Shown piece by piece: positions 39,991 through 53,174 of a stretch of DNA of 64,000 bases. Under the pieces are notes generated by a model. That model was not told the origin of the DNA, ran no database searches, and saw nothing but the letters and a program-made list of their open reading frames with translations. Origin of the DNA: Octopus bimaculoides (Eukaryota); the NCBI RefSeq assembly GCF_001194135.2, contig NC_068990.1:67064210-67128209 (forward strand). Reading direction: 5' to 3'. The first letter of the stretch is position 1. Each line of letters begins with the position of its first letter. The translations under genes were made by a program, and so were the position numbers.

Positions 39991-40161
39991 TGTATACTAC
40001 TAACTGGCATTACAATAGATTTCTGTGACCCTCAATTATTGTGACATCTCCCTGCAGCACACATCTGGTATACCAGAGTATGCTTCTTCTTTTTCGTCGT
40101 TGTCATCGTCGTCGTCATCATCATCATTATCCTTGTGATTAGGATAATAAGGATGATTTCT

Positions 40162-40325
40162 GGTTTCAGGCTCAATGCTAGCAATTTGAAGGAGGTGTGG
40201 ATAAATTAATACTCCTAATCCAAGTATTTGACTGGTACCTTATTCTATTGACTCCAAAAGAATGAAAGGCAAATTGAACTGTAAAAGTGGAGATTTGGGA
40301 TAAATTCTGCGAAGCATTTCCTTCT
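40162..40325 (-). mobile_element. SINE B, partial
   Basis: ctggtaccttattctattgactccaaaagaatgaaaggcaaa. Confidence 0.65.
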
Positions 40326-40329
40326 GTCT

Positions 40330-40740
40330 ATTGATTGACAAGCTAAGAATAAATAAAGATTCACACATTGAAATTGAAACAATGTGGCATTTCAAGGCAG
40401 TTACAATTCTAGTAATTGTAGGAGCTCTAAGAATGATTAAAAAAGGAACTAAGAATTATTTGAGAATGATCCCTGGCTTACCATCTGTGCAAGAAAGGCA
40501 AAAGATTGTTTTATTTGGTACAGTGTATGTATTGAGAAGAATATTGTTGCTGTGAGATCAATAACCTTCCATGTAAATGTTTATATTTTTTTACAGAACT
40601 TTATTTGGTTTTTGTGAATAAACAATCTGGTGTGCTTATTTTAATGGCCTATGAATGTATACAGTAATTTTCTTTGCTTTTGGTGTTGGGAAGACACTCA
40701 GCAAGAAATGGAAACAAAATTGAAGGAAGAACAAAGACTC
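40330..40740 (+). mobile_element. R4/Dong-like LINE 3' end
   Basis: IEIETMWHFKAVTILVIVGALRMIKK..QKIVLFGTVYVLRRIL*; ends in (TAA)n. Confidence 0.8.
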
Positions 40741-40774
40741 AATAATAATAATAATAATAATAATAATGATATGA

Positions 40775-41400
40775 GCAAGTTAGATAGTTGGAGAAGCAAT
40801 GAACTGCAGAATTAAAGATCAACTGGAAAGAAAATACAAAATATGTAGAAAAGAAATCGAAGTTGCTATTGAAGAGGTCAGATAAAGAATCATTGCAGAA
40901 TCAGAAAGCTAGCAAAATGTGACAGACATACAGAACAATTTGTACAGGACAGGATGTTCCAGTATGAGTCTCAGAGACGTGATAATTTTGCAAAGGTCAT
41001 CCACTGGGAAATGTGTAAGAAGTATGGACTTCCATCAGGACGTCAGAGGTATGAACAGGCATCTGAAAACGTGGCTGAGAATGATGAGGTCAAACCTCTT
41101 TGAGACTTTCTTAGCCAAATGGATCATGTCTTAGAGCATAACAAATCAGATATATTTTGGTGTTTGAAAAGAGGGTCTTGTTACATAACTGATGTGGCCT
41201 GTCCATTTGACAGAAGGATAAAAGAAACATTAAATCAATATGGTAGATATATACCAAGACCTGAAGAAAGAGATAGCAAATTATGGGGTTGCAGAAAAAA
41301 ATAGAAACCATGCAACTGGTCTGCTTGTTAGGAAGAGCAAATGATCGTTTGAAAGTTGTTGAGTGGCTGAGGTTACAGGGGTGACATGCAGTCAAAGAAT
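40775..41400 (+). mobile_element. R4/Dong-like LINE, internally deleted
   Basis: LERKYKI..IEEVR (pre-RT) joined to RRDNFAKVIHWEMCKKYGL..DVACPFD..YQDLKKEIAKLW (RLE). Confidence 0.75.
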
Positions 41401-41499
41401 AAATCCAAGTAAATCCCATCATATAGATGAGATGCAAAAAATTTATAAATAAATAAATAACAACAAATGCCCTAATGTAATAGCAGGCACTGACTCTCA

Positions 41500-41830
41500 A
41501 GGCTTCGGGTTTTAAATGATTGCAATTATTATTGTGTATATTTTGTCTTGATGGGCTACAGAAAATATTCTACTCAACACAGCATATTTGCTTGTCAGTT
41601 GCTTGACCTTAACTAGTTGAGTATGTCCCTTAGTTGCTGGTATGTGCATCTCTGATCATGAGCAAGGGTAGTGGGAGAGCATCATAGCCATGTGTTGAGA
41701 ATGATTCACCCTGGAAAGATAGGTGATTTGTTCATCACCCTTAAACAACCCTTATTCAGGGTCCTTTTGAGTGGGATGGGCTACTGAAGAAAATTCTAAC
41801 TGGGACCTATCCGCAAGGGGCATGCACTAT
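41500..41830. repeat. Unclassified interspersed repeat (likely)
   Basis: Higher-GC block distinct from its flanks; resemblance to cephalopod repeats is from recall only, with no second copy in the window. Confidence 0.3.
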
Positions 41831-42039
41831 TTATCTTGATATGAGGTCTCTCTGTCATGTACATATGGTTGTGATGCATGTGTCTTGTGTGCCTTTATCA
41901 GATAGGAAGTTATGATGAGTATATTGGGCTTTGTATATATATGTACTCTAGTGTCATTTTGACTGCATCCACTATTCTTAGTAATAATTATGATGGACTC
42001 TCTCCTACTGAAGACGATGCATGTGTATGCAGCTTTTTC

Positions 42040-42295
42040 CAAATGACCTGTAGAAATATTTTGTTTATAGTGATCAAATGTATGTGCCATACATTACCTC
42101 CCTCCCTCCATCAAATCAACATTCCCCAAACAGGTGTATGGTGGACCATGCGTCAGGTGTTGAAGTGATCACAAAGCAATATGAGGTGAAGTGTTTTGCT
42201 CAAGAACACAATGCACCACCCAATCTAGGAATTGAAGCCACGGTCTTGTGATCATGAGTGCAACACCCTAACCAGTAAGTCATGTACCTTAACTA
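42040..42295 (-). mobile_element. SINE D variant
   Basis: Reverse complement of 6149-6365. Confidence 0.7.
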
Positions 42296-42554
42296 TTATT
42301 GCACAACAACAACAGTGGTGATGATGACGATGACAGCAACAACAACAATAGGTTGAGACCACAAAATTCTGGGTTGACTTTCAGTAGGTTTCACTCTGTC
42401 TAATTGAGCTGGGAAGCTCCTTAGGCTTGTTTTGTTGCTCCATCTCCAAGAGATGATGTTATGATAAAAAACACCTTTGTATGTATTACCTTATCACCAC
42501 AGCAAGTGCAATGGCAGATAAAAATCAATATCACACCCAACCAAAACTTTGTGA

Positions 42555-42890
42555 ATAGACTTATTAGGCAGAAACTATAAGAAACTCATTGTATATATGT
42601 GTGTGTGTGTGCGTATGTGTGCATTTGTGAGTGTGTGTGTATTCTACTGCCACTTTGCCTTAACTTCATGTGGTGATGGTAATCAAGTGTCACTGCCATG
42701 CAAGTAGTGTCTTCCATTTCTAATCTTTTATGAAAATATGTCTGGTCGTGGGGGATATATAACATTACTTGGAAGTAAATCAGGCTTGGTAACAAGAAGG
42801 ACATCTGGCAATAGAAAATCTACTTTAACAAATTCTCTCCGACCCATGCAAGCATGGAAAGTGGACTTTAAATGATAATATCGATGATCA
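42555..42890 (+). mobile_element. Composite SINE (A remnant + (TG)n + C1 tail)
   Basis: Ends gacccatgcaagcatggaaagtggactttaaatgat. Confidence 0.75.
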
Positions 42891-43344
42891 AGTGAATATA
42901 AATATCACAGAAGTGAAGAACCATAGATACTTAGAAAGATACCAAACTAGAAAGCTCTAAGACGTAATGGTGCACATTTTATAAACAAGATCACTTGTGA
43001 AAATACTTATAAAACCAAGACAGCTGAGCATCCAAGACTTTCAGAAACCATTTTCACGCTCAGAATTATCAAAACATAGAGTGAACTAACAACATCCATT
43101 GTTAACTGTAGAAACATACATTCTTCAAACATTTCATGATTCCTGACATTTGCTGATACTACTCTGATGTGTCTATAAGCCTTTATTCTTTAAGATGCTT
43201 TTAATATCCTCATTTATCTCCCTATTTTTGTGTTTCATTCTGTGTGCTGTGTATGTATTAACTTTCATTGCTGTCTTTCTTTATTTTACTTATATACCTG
43301 CCCCTTGTTCACTCCCTTAATTATTTCCAACAAGTTGCAGTGCA

Positions 43345-43640
43345 CATAAAATTTGTATACAATAAGTTCACTGAGAGAAAAGTTAGGTATAAGAGGAATT
43401 AAATGTAGTGTGCAAGAAAGAAAACTGTGCTGGATCAGTCATGCGATGCATATGGACAAAGACAGTTGTGTAAAGAAGTGCTGATCACTTAAAGTGGATG
43501 GATCTTGTGAAAGGAAGTAAATCAGAAAGACATGGGATGAAGTATTAGGGTCAATCTCAAGATGCTGAGCCTTAAGGAGGCGATGACAAAAGACTGAGAT
43601 ATCTGGGACTTTGCTGTGCTTGAGAAAACCCATGCATCAC
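43345..43640 (+). mobile_element. RTE-clade LINE 3' end
   Basis: LREKLGIRGIKCSVQERKLCWISHAMHMDKDSCVKKC..RKTWDEVL..WDFAVLEK. Confidence 0.8.
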
Positions 43641-44149
43641 AACAGAATTGATATCTTAAAACCACCTTGGTAAAAGCTTGAATGTGCAAATCCCTGCCCC
43701 ACCTCCATTCTTACTGCCCTGTGATGTTCTCCCACATCTAATTCTCTACACTCATCACTTCATTATCTCTGATATCATTGAGCTATGATAATCACCTGAA
43801 AACGGAACAGGCACATACTATGCACACCCCATACATGTATTACCTTCCCCTTTTCTCACCCTCTCCAGAACCATTTCCATTCCTCATTACCTATCTTCCG
43901 CCTTGCTCTCACCCCTCTGCTACACCATCTTTAGAACTGCATCCATTCTTCATCTTCCTCCAATCATGCCCTTCTCCTCTCAGCTATGCTCCATCATTAA
44001 GATCGCTTTCATCCCTTATATCTCCTAATGCTCTCACATATCTAACATAACCACTCCTCTTGAGCCACTCCTATATCTATTACTCTCTATAAGTCTCCTC
44101 CTCCCTTCTCCTCTGCCTGGGATAACATCGAATCACTTCTACAGCAAGA

Positions 44150-44460
44150 TACCTATCTCTAACCCCTATTATTCCTCTAACTTCTAATCAACTGGCATAA
44201 AGCCAATAAAGCCATCTCATTCAATACTGCTCCCCTTGAGTAAAGGGGCTTTGTCTTGTCTCACAAGTTACTTGGAGATCCTGCCAGTGCTGATGCCATG
44301 AAAAAAAGCACCCAGTACACTCTGTAAAATGGTTGGTATTAGGAAAGACATCCAACCATAGAAACCATACTAAAACAGAAAACAAGCATAGTCCTCTGAC
44401 TTGCCAGCTCTTGACAAACCATCCAACCCATGCCAGCAGGACGAACAGACATTAAATGAC
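44150..44460 (+). mobile_element. SINE C2
   Basis: Ends ccatccaacccatgccagcaggacgaacagacattaaatgac. Confidence 0.75.
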
Positions 44461-44464
44461 TATT

Positions 44465-44850
44465 ATTTTCATGTTCTGAGTTCAAATTCTGCTGAAGTAA
44501 ACTTTGCCTTTCATCCTTTCGGAGTCGATGAAATAAGTACCTGTTACACTCTGGGTTCAATGTAATCAACTAGCCCCACCCTCTAAATTTCAGGCCTTGT
44601 GCCTTTAGTAGAAAGCATCATTATTATTAAGGCAGTGAGCTGGCAGAATTATTAGTACGCTGGATGAACTGCTTAGCAGTATTTTGCCTGTTGCTATGTT
44701 CTAAGTTCAAATTCTGCCGAGGCTGACTTTGCCTTTCATCTCTTCGGGGTCAATAAATTAAGTACCAGTGAAACACTGAGGTCAATGCAATCCCAAATTT
44801 TCGATGAGATCCCTAAAATTTCAGGCCTTGTGCCTATGGTAGAAAGGATT
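44465..44850 (+). mobile_element. Two tandem SINE B copies joined by (TTA)n
   Basis: Partial copy 44465-44617 and full copy 44629-44847. Confidence 0.85.
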
Positions 44851-45984
44851 ATTATTATATACAATTGTTTCTTATAACATATAAGTGTGTAACTAAATAC
44901 CACAAAGAATTTTAAGTGCTTTCCATCTGTGTCTGCTCTTTTATTGTCCTTTCTCCTCCCCACTCCCTTCAAAAACAAAAAAATAATGATGATTATAACA
45001 ATAAAGTTGATGATGATGATGCTAATGGTGATGTTTACGATTTTTTTTCCATAACACAACTGTAAAGCACTTAGTTTTGCTATAACATGTGTATACTCTC
45101 TATTATTTGAATAAAAGAAGAGACCACACAATCTGTGCACAGAAATTTAATGCCATCAGCTAATTAGTCCATCAAATTATAAACTAAAGTTTAATTACTT
45201 CCTTTCGTCCCTCCTTCCCTCCCTCCTTTGTCTCCTCCCTTTTTTTTTTTCCTTCTCTCTGTATAGTTTGCTCTCGCTCTCTCTCTCTCTCTTCAATCTA
45301 GCAACCATCTGTCCTTCTTCTCAACAGCAATTTTCTAATGATACCCCCCCCCTCCCACACTGCTCTACTCTCCTCCACACTTTCACCATGCCACCCACCA
45401 GTAGGAGAAAAAAGGTCTGGAGGAAAGATTTTTGTCAATTCCCTTGATGGCAAGGTAAAAATCAGATTTTATAAGATTAATTAAGAACAGAACACCTAAT
45501 TACTATAACATGTTAAGAAGTGTAGAAGAGAAGGACGAAAAGAAGGAAGAACTAGAGCAGCAAGAAGAAAACCAACAAATAGAAATAAAAGAAATGAAAA
45601 TCCATGACAGTCTACTGCATAATAATACCAAATCTATCATTGTTTTATTGATTCTTGATAATCTCTCTTGTATTTCATGCCACAAATTCACTTTTTCAAT
45701 TAGTTTCAGTATAAATTGATTTTGATAAGTTTGTCTCTGAAGGAGATGCTCTGTAGCTCTTTAAGGCAACTGAGGAAGAAAGAGGAGGAGGTAGAGGAGA
45801 AAGGGGGAGGAGGAGGAGGTGTCCAAAATGACCAGGTGTAAAGCAGTTGTCCTCTCTCTCTCTCTCTCTCTCATTTAACAAGAGTTGGGTAAGCTAAGGA
45901 CACACATTCACTGGTAGCATGAGGAGTCCTGACACAGCTAATGAATTAATGCCGAAGGAATATATCTGCTATAAGGTAGATAAG

Positions 45985-46047
<63 letters not shown>

Positions 46048-46433
46048 GTTGGATGATTTTGTGACAAAGTACGGAGCGAAGTACAAGATTGAGACAAGTA
46101 ATTCTGGTGGTCTGTACTATAGTTATTTACATTTCTCCTCACATGAGAATGAGTAGGTAGGAGTAAAGAATATAATAATGAAAAAACAGAAAGAAAGCAA
46201 GCAAGAAAGAAGACTGAGCTGCACTGGTCATACAGTATGTGGAATATTTCAGTGGAAGATTGAGATATTGGTGGCTGTAGGGGAGAATAGTTGGCTGTAC
46301 TGGGAATTAGAACCATTCATAAATAACATACATAGGTATATACAGATAACCTCTCTCTCTTTCACTATATATGTGTGTGTGTATATATATGTATTAACAG
46401 TCATTTGTTGTATTTCTGCTGCTTTTAAATAAA

Positions 46434-46478
<45 letters not shown>

Positions 46479-46494
46479 CATGTATTTATCTTTT

Positions 46495-46690
46495 ATCTTT
46501 TACTTGTTTCAGTCATTAGAGTATAGCCATGCTAGGGCACTGCCTTGAAGAATTTTTAGTCTAATGAATTGACCCTAGTACTTAGTATTTTTTGCTATTT
46601 TGCTAAGCCTGGTACTTATTCTATTAGTTTCTTTTACCGAACTGCTAAGTTACGGGGATATAAACACACCAACACTGGTTGTCAAGTGCT
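46495..46690 (-). mobile_element. SINE A2 tail
   Basis: tacttgtttcagtcatt..ccgaactgctaagttacgggga. Confidence 0.8.
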
Positions 46691-46714
46691 CCAATGGATA
46701 TGCAACATTAGTGT

Positions 46715-46990
46715 GCATGCAGAACAAAGCGTGAATGTGTTGAGAGAAAAATTAAGCATAAAAGTAATCAAATGTAGTGTGAAGGAGAGAAAACTCTTCT
46801 GCTATGGACATGTGAGTATGGATGAGGACAGATGCATAAAGATGGAGCTTGTGGAAGAGGGAGACTCACAAAGGCTGATCTCAATGGTTGAGCCACATGG
46901 TGGCAATGACTAAGGACTGAGATGATTGGTTTCTGCATAGTGCTTGAGATGACCTGTCCATCACAATGAGAGTGATGTCATAAAAACATT
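46715..46990 (+). mobile_element. RTE-clade LINE 3' end
   Basis: EQSVNVLREKLSIKVIKCSVKERKLFCYGHVSMDEDRCIK. Confidence 0.8.
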
Positions 46991-47374
46991 ATGCTTCAGT
47001 TTTTACATTCACTGGGTCTCACCTCTGCACTCATTCTGTCCCTGTCATGCTTTCCCCACCTCCCATCTTCCTAACATCCATCTTGCCATCACTCTTCTAC
47101 CAATAGCATTGTTCAGTTACTGAAATCATATGGCAGCAGAATATGCACATATTTCTTCCCCTTTGTACCACTAATTACCTTCCCATCTTCCTGAAACAAC
47201 TTCCATTAACATTCAGCCATCATTCTCAGTATCATCCCTTCCAACTTTCCCACAGCTCACCTCTTTCAGTGGGTGATTAATTACTAAACAGATCACTATA
47301 TGTTTGATAACAGTTTACTGTTTTAAAGTCTGTAACAATTCATCTGTTATCTAAAGTGTTAAGAATTCTACCAA

Positions 47375-47930
47375 ATTACAGGCAGAATTCTGGTTTAAAC
47401 TCATCATATAAACCCTCATGACTTTTTTTTTTTGTGGGGGAATTTTCAAAAACATCTTGTGAATTTGAGTTCTACACACCAGAATTCCAATTATGCAAAA
47501 AAAAAGAAAAAAAATTTTGTTAGTTAAGAGGAATTTAGCTGTTGTTTTTAGCACATCTCATGACCACCTGATACCTTCTTTGTCTGACATGTATTGATAT
47601 TTTTCCATATTTTTCTCCCCACAAACACATTTAATGGAATGATGATGCACTCAAAGGTAGTCCATGGCTGGGATTTAAGCAAAATATTCAAATTCCCTGT
47701 ATTTTAAACTGACAAAAAAAAAAGAAATTGAAAAAGAGTGGAACTTTTGGGATTTATGTGTGTGTGTGTGTAGTGGGGGATTGATTTTTAAAAAAAATTA
47801 AATTTTTTCCATAATCATGTGAATTCCTGTGTAAAACATAAATTCGAAAAAACTTTCTGAAGATTCTAAAAGTTAGAAAAGTTATGAGAGGTTATATGGG
47901 TTGCTTAAATCAGAATCCTGTCAAATTAAA
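47375..47930. repeat. Old inverted-repeat pair (~140-nt arms)
   Basis: 47375-47510 aligns to the reverse complement of 47790-47925. Confidence 0.65.
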
Positions 47931-47959
47931 TACCATTGATCCTTATAAAAGACATTTTA

Positions 47960-48330
47960 TTTTTCATTTTATCACTTCACTTGTTTCATTCATTGGATTG
48001 TGGCTATATTGGGGCACCATCTTCAAGGAATTAACCCCAGTGCTTAATTTTGGTTTTAAGCCTTGTACTTATTCTATCAGACTAACTGCAAAGTTATCGA
48101 GGCAACAACAGCTGTCAATTAATGGTGGGACAAACACAAGCATAAAGAAACACATATACATATATATAAGGAGCTTCCACACCGTTTCCATCTGCCAAAT
48201 TCATTCACAAGGCATTGGTTGGCATGGAGCTATAATAGAAAACACTTGTCCAAGGTATCATTGAGTAGGACTAAACCTGAAACCAAATAATTGTAAAGTG
48301 ATCTTAACCTCACTAACATGCCCACACCTA
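47960..48330 (-). mobile_element. Full-length SINE A (head + A2 tail)
   Basis: A2 tail 47960-48140 and head 48170-48330. Confidence 0.75.
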
Positions 48331-48725
48331 TCAAAATTAGAACAGCATGGAACATGGATATTAAATGATGAGGTGATGATGTCGGTGATATGCACATATA
48401 TCTATGTATATATGAGTATCCAGTTGTAGAACAAAATAGACCAGTAAGATGACGTTTTCTGATCTTTCTTGATGAGTCATATCTCTAAATATCAGCTGAC
48501 TCAGATTTTGGCAACCTGTCCAACCCATACCAGCATGGAAAGCAGACACAAAACGATGAAGACGATGATAATATATATATATATGTAGATGTATGTGTGT
48601 GTACATGTATGTATGCATATATACATGTGTGTGTATATGTGTTTGCATATTTGTGTTTGTATATATTGAAGAATATATATGCATATTTTCATACAAGTTC
48701 ATGGTGAATTTTTTTGTGTACACGT

Positions 48726-48774
<49 letters not shown>

Positions 48775-49964
48775 TACACACACTTGTTTACAAGCTATCG
48801 AATGTGTGCTATTGAAATACATCCAGGTACTAGAACAATATTATGTCTGAAGAAGAAAAGAATTAGAAATACAGTAGCTGGAGATTTATTTCAACTTTCT
48901 TCCTCGTTTGGATTACAGTTCATTGTCATTTGAGTTTGGCACATCTTGAAAGAATTTCAAAAACTCAAAGATGTTGCAGAAAAAAGAAAGAAGTGAAAGA
49001 AAAAGAAAAAATATCTGACTCCTTTCCATTCCAGTAAAAACCAGAAAATAATCTTTGGGAATGAAGTTTGACATGAATGAATTTAAAATCTGATATTCTT
49101 GGTGACTTTTTTTTCTCTCCCTTAAGTTGTTTCTATACTGTTTTACTTTCTTTGTATTTAATATATCTTCTAATCTTATGTGATATCAAACAGTTACAAC
49201 ACAATATAACATAAGAATATGATCTGGTTGCTCTCTCTCTCTCTCTCACTCTCTCACTCTCTCTCTCTCTGTTTTTTTTTACCTCCATTCATATGTCTCT
49301 GTATTTGGGTGAATTTGTTAATCTTTGTAGCTGAATGTTTCAATGTTTAAACACTACAAATTATATTGTGTATATATCAAACCCTGCAAAAATATATTAT
49401 GTGCATGCATGTGTATGTGTGTATGTGTAAGAGAGAGAGAGAAAGAGGGAGAATGCGAATTTGTATTAATTACTCTATGAATAACCAATGTAAACTGATG
49501 CATGTTTAAATACTTGACTTAGTAGATATTATTTGTTTAAATATGTTTGCTCATCAGAAGAATTGCAACAATGTTTATATGATAGTTTTTTAAATATATG
49601 TCATTCAAATTTTAATAATTAACGGTGTGAGCATGATAGCCCAATGTTCAATTGTAATTGTTTCAAATTACAATATTTGATGGTGCACATATGGGCATAA
49701 TAGATGCACATAATGATGAAATAACATTTTAGTGCATTAAAGCATAGAATAGAACCCAAATTCACAAACAGAACTTTGGGTGATATTTTTGAGACATTTT
49801 CTGAAAGATTGTGAGTCTTATATGCCATTAACTATGGTAGGTATTTCAAAGTTGAAGAGTTTCTCTGAAAGATATAATTCCAAAGAGAAAGAAAAGTGAA
49901 TGATGGCCAAGTTTATTACAGGAGTCTATGATTTATTTACAATAGATATACAAGTAAAAGTGAA

Positions 49965-50260
49965 GGTGCATGGCTAAGTGGTGAGTGATATTTGGCTTAT
50001 AATCCTAAAGTCGTGAGTTCAGTTTCCAGTGATGTGTTGCGTCCTTCAAGACATTATTTCACATTGCTCCTGTCCACTCAGCAAAAATGAGTAGTACCTG
50101 TATTTCAAATGACCAGCCTTGTCAAATATTGTGTCATGCTGAATTACCCTGAGAACTATATTTAAGGCATGCATGTCTGTGGAATGCTCAACCACTAGCA
50201 CATTAATTCATGAGCAGGCTGTTCTGTTGATCAGATCAACTGGAACCCTCATCACCGTAA
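49965..50260 (+). mobile_element. Full-length SINE D
   Basis: ggtgcatggctaagtgg..gagttcagtttcc..gtccactcagc..gatcaactggaaccctc. Confidence 0.85.
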
Positions 50261-50686
50261 CCGGTAATGTTCCAATTTTTTACGAGTAAAAGTAGAAGCA
50301 AGAATGTCAAGCTGCTTTTGGTAGAAATAGTTTTTATTTTTAGAAGTTTCAGAGCAAAATATCCTTTCAGAGTTGAGGTGTTAGTGTTAACATTATCTAT
50401 AAGGTCCAGAAAGATTCTAAGAACTGGAATCAGTCGATTGCTATTGGAGCATCTAGTTTGTTTGATATTATATATTAGGGGCATTGTACAACTATCTTTT
50501 TTTATTATTATCTTATCTGTTTTCATGCAAGAGTATAATATAGGTTAGGTCAAATTGTTTGTGATTTGAGCCAAAAGAGAAAAAAACTGCCAGCATCAAG
50601 GCTGTTCATATAAGCTAATAGCAATAAGAGTAGTCTTTCTTTCTGAGCTGAACAATCACCTGTTCATCTGTCCATTCATTCATACA

Positions 50687-50719
<33 letters not shown>

Positions 50720-50871
50720 TCATACATTCTTAGACACACACAAACGCACATACCTATATATTATTTGTACATGTATATAGATACGTACATATATATATAC
50801 ACACACAGACATGTATATACATAAATGTATGTATATATGTGTATGTATATATATATATATATATATATATA

Positions 50872-51267
50872 NNNNNNNNNNNNNNNNNNNNNNNNNNNNN
50901 NNNNNNNNNNNNNNNNNNNNNNNNNNNNNNNNNNNNNNNNNNNNNNNNNNNNNNNNNNNNNNNNNNNNNNNNNNNNNNNNNNNNNNNNNNNNNNNNNNNN
51001 NNNNNNNNNNNNNNNNNNNNNNNNNNNNNNNNNNNNNNNNNNNNNNNNNNNNNNNNNNNNNNNNNNNNNNNNNNNNNNNNNNNNNNNNNNNNNNNNNNNN
51101 NNNNNNNNNNNNNNNNNNNNNNNNNNNNNNNNNNNNNNNNNNNNNNNNNNNNNNNNNNNNNNNNNNNNNNNNNNNNNNNNNNNNNNNNNNNNNNNNNNNN
51201 NNNNNNNNNNNNNNNNNNNNNNNNNNNNNNNNNNNNNNNNNNNNNNNNNNNNNNNNNNNNNNNNNNN
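50872..51267. other. Assembly gap (396 N)
   Basis: Run of N between (TA)n tracts. Confidence 1.
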
Positions 51268-52047
51268 ATATACATGTGCATGTATATATATGTATATGAG
51301 TACAAATATACATATGTACACATATACATACATACATGTGTGTGTGTTTATGTGTGTGCATAATATTACTACAATTTGTACTTTTAGCTGTGCTGCGTTG
51401 CACATAGATACACACCTATGCTTGCACAAGTGCTTGTGTGTGCTATATGCAGTTGCTAAAAGTAGAAATCGCTAGCGCACATACCCAAAAGAAAACCTGT
51501 CTCTAATTTCATCAGTAATACCTGTTTAGTTCCCTGTAATTATAGGATATACGACACCTTAATAACAGGAAGCGACATGCTCAACACCTATGCACCATCA
51601 TAGTGCTACCACAAAACACATACAAAAAAATAAAAACAACAACAACAACAAACAAATCAAAACAAACACACATGCAAATAAACTGTGACTGCATATTTAT
51701 CTATGTAAAATATAAAAAAATATACCTGCATTAACAAGGAGGTTTACATGAAAAATTGCCTGATGAAATGATGTGCCTGAGATAATGATGCAAATTACTT
51801 ACTAACAAGTGTTCACCTGGAAATTTAGCATGGTAATTTGTCTTATAAAAATAGTGAAGAAAAAAATGTTTTCTTTTTCTTCTCTATTCATAAGTTGTAA
51901 GCCAGGAGTCGGCAATGGTAGTGCTGATTGTAGTTGCATCTGTTATGATAATGGTAGCAGATTCTAGATTCATAATGGCAGTTGTGGTGAAATGATGGGC
52001 CATGCTGTCTATCTATCTGTCTGTCTGCCTGCCTGCTGGCCTGCCTG

Positions 52048-52084
<37 letters not shown>

Positions 52085-52159
52085 GTAATTATCTATATAT
52101 ATCCATCTATCTATCTGTCTCTCTCTATCTCTCTCTGTCATTGTGGGCTATTTTATTTG

Positions 52160-52400
52160 AGATGACAATGGTGGCTATTGTTGTAGTAGTGTGGTGAGGA
52201 TGATTGTAGTGGTGATGGTGGTGGTGATAGTTATGATGGTATAGGTTCTGGTAGTGATGGTGATAGTAATTTTATGGTAATGGTTGTGGTGGTGGTGGCG
52301 ATAGTTATGATGGTAGTGGTTGTGGTGGTAGTTGTGGTTGTGGTGGTGGTGATAGTTATGATGCTAGTGGTTGTGGTGGTGGTAACAATGATTGTAGTAA
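52160..52400. repeat. Cryptic (GGT)n low-complexity tract
   Basis: Decayed trinucleotide repeats. Confidence 0.9.
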
Positions 52401-52444
52401 TTAATTTTTCTGTTGATGAATATTGTTATTACAATAATATTTAC

Positions 52445-52655
52445 AAGGAAGCAAGCTGGCAAATCATTAGAACAATGACAAAATGCTTCCTGATATTCCA
52501 CCTCTTTATGTTCTGAGTTCAAATCCCTCTAAAGTCAACTTAGGTGGGGGGGAGGGTCGATAAAACAAATTAGTAGTCTACTAGTACTGTGGTTGATGGC
52601 ATTGACTAACCCCTCCCCTTAAAACTATTCTCCTTTTGCCCAAACCAGAAACCAT
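52445..52655 (+). mobile_element. SINE family B
   Basis: gcaagctggcaaatcattag..gttctgagttcaaat. Confidence 0.75.
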
Positions 52656-52919
52656 TATCATAATAGTATTACTGTCTTGCTGATGGTATCTGTGTTGTTG
52701 TTGTTTAACCCCAGGTCATCCCTGATGAACAAGCCTGTGATCAGAGATGTTCCGGCCATGAACATTCATATTTTGCAATATTTTGCAAAGTTGGCCTAGG
52801 TGTGATTTGAACTCAGAGTATAGAGAATCAAAATATATACATTAAGGCATTCTATCCAACACTCAAATAATGACTCTACCAGTCACTTCTGTTAGTTTGA
52901 TCATCATGTCTATCATGAA

Positions 52920-53131
52920 GATATGACTTTGTGGTTAAGGGGTTCACTTCTCAGTCATGTAGCTTCAAGTTCAGTTCCATAGAGCAGCACCTTGGGCAAG
53001 TGTTTTCTAATATAGCTCCAAACGTTATGAGTAGTATTTGATAGATGGAAACGTAAAGAAACTTGTTGTGTATGGTGTCTGTGTATGCATATGCATATAT
53101 ATATGTTTATATATATATATATATATATATG

Positions 53132-53174
<43 letters not shown>

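Noticed and set aside
45510-45719. Glu/Gln/Lys-rich 69-aa ORF
   Set aside because: Purine-rich low-complexity sequence with no splice sites or domain
48679-49050. Strong acceptor-like tracts on both strands
   Set aside because: Downstream frames either stop quickly or lack convincing donors
52274-52516. Poly-Val ORF resembling a membrane peptide
   Set aside because: Decayed (GGT)n repeat running into SINE B
52715-52770. CCTGATGA as a hammerhead core (also 18648 and 51766)
   Set aside because: No downstream GAAA or supporting stems
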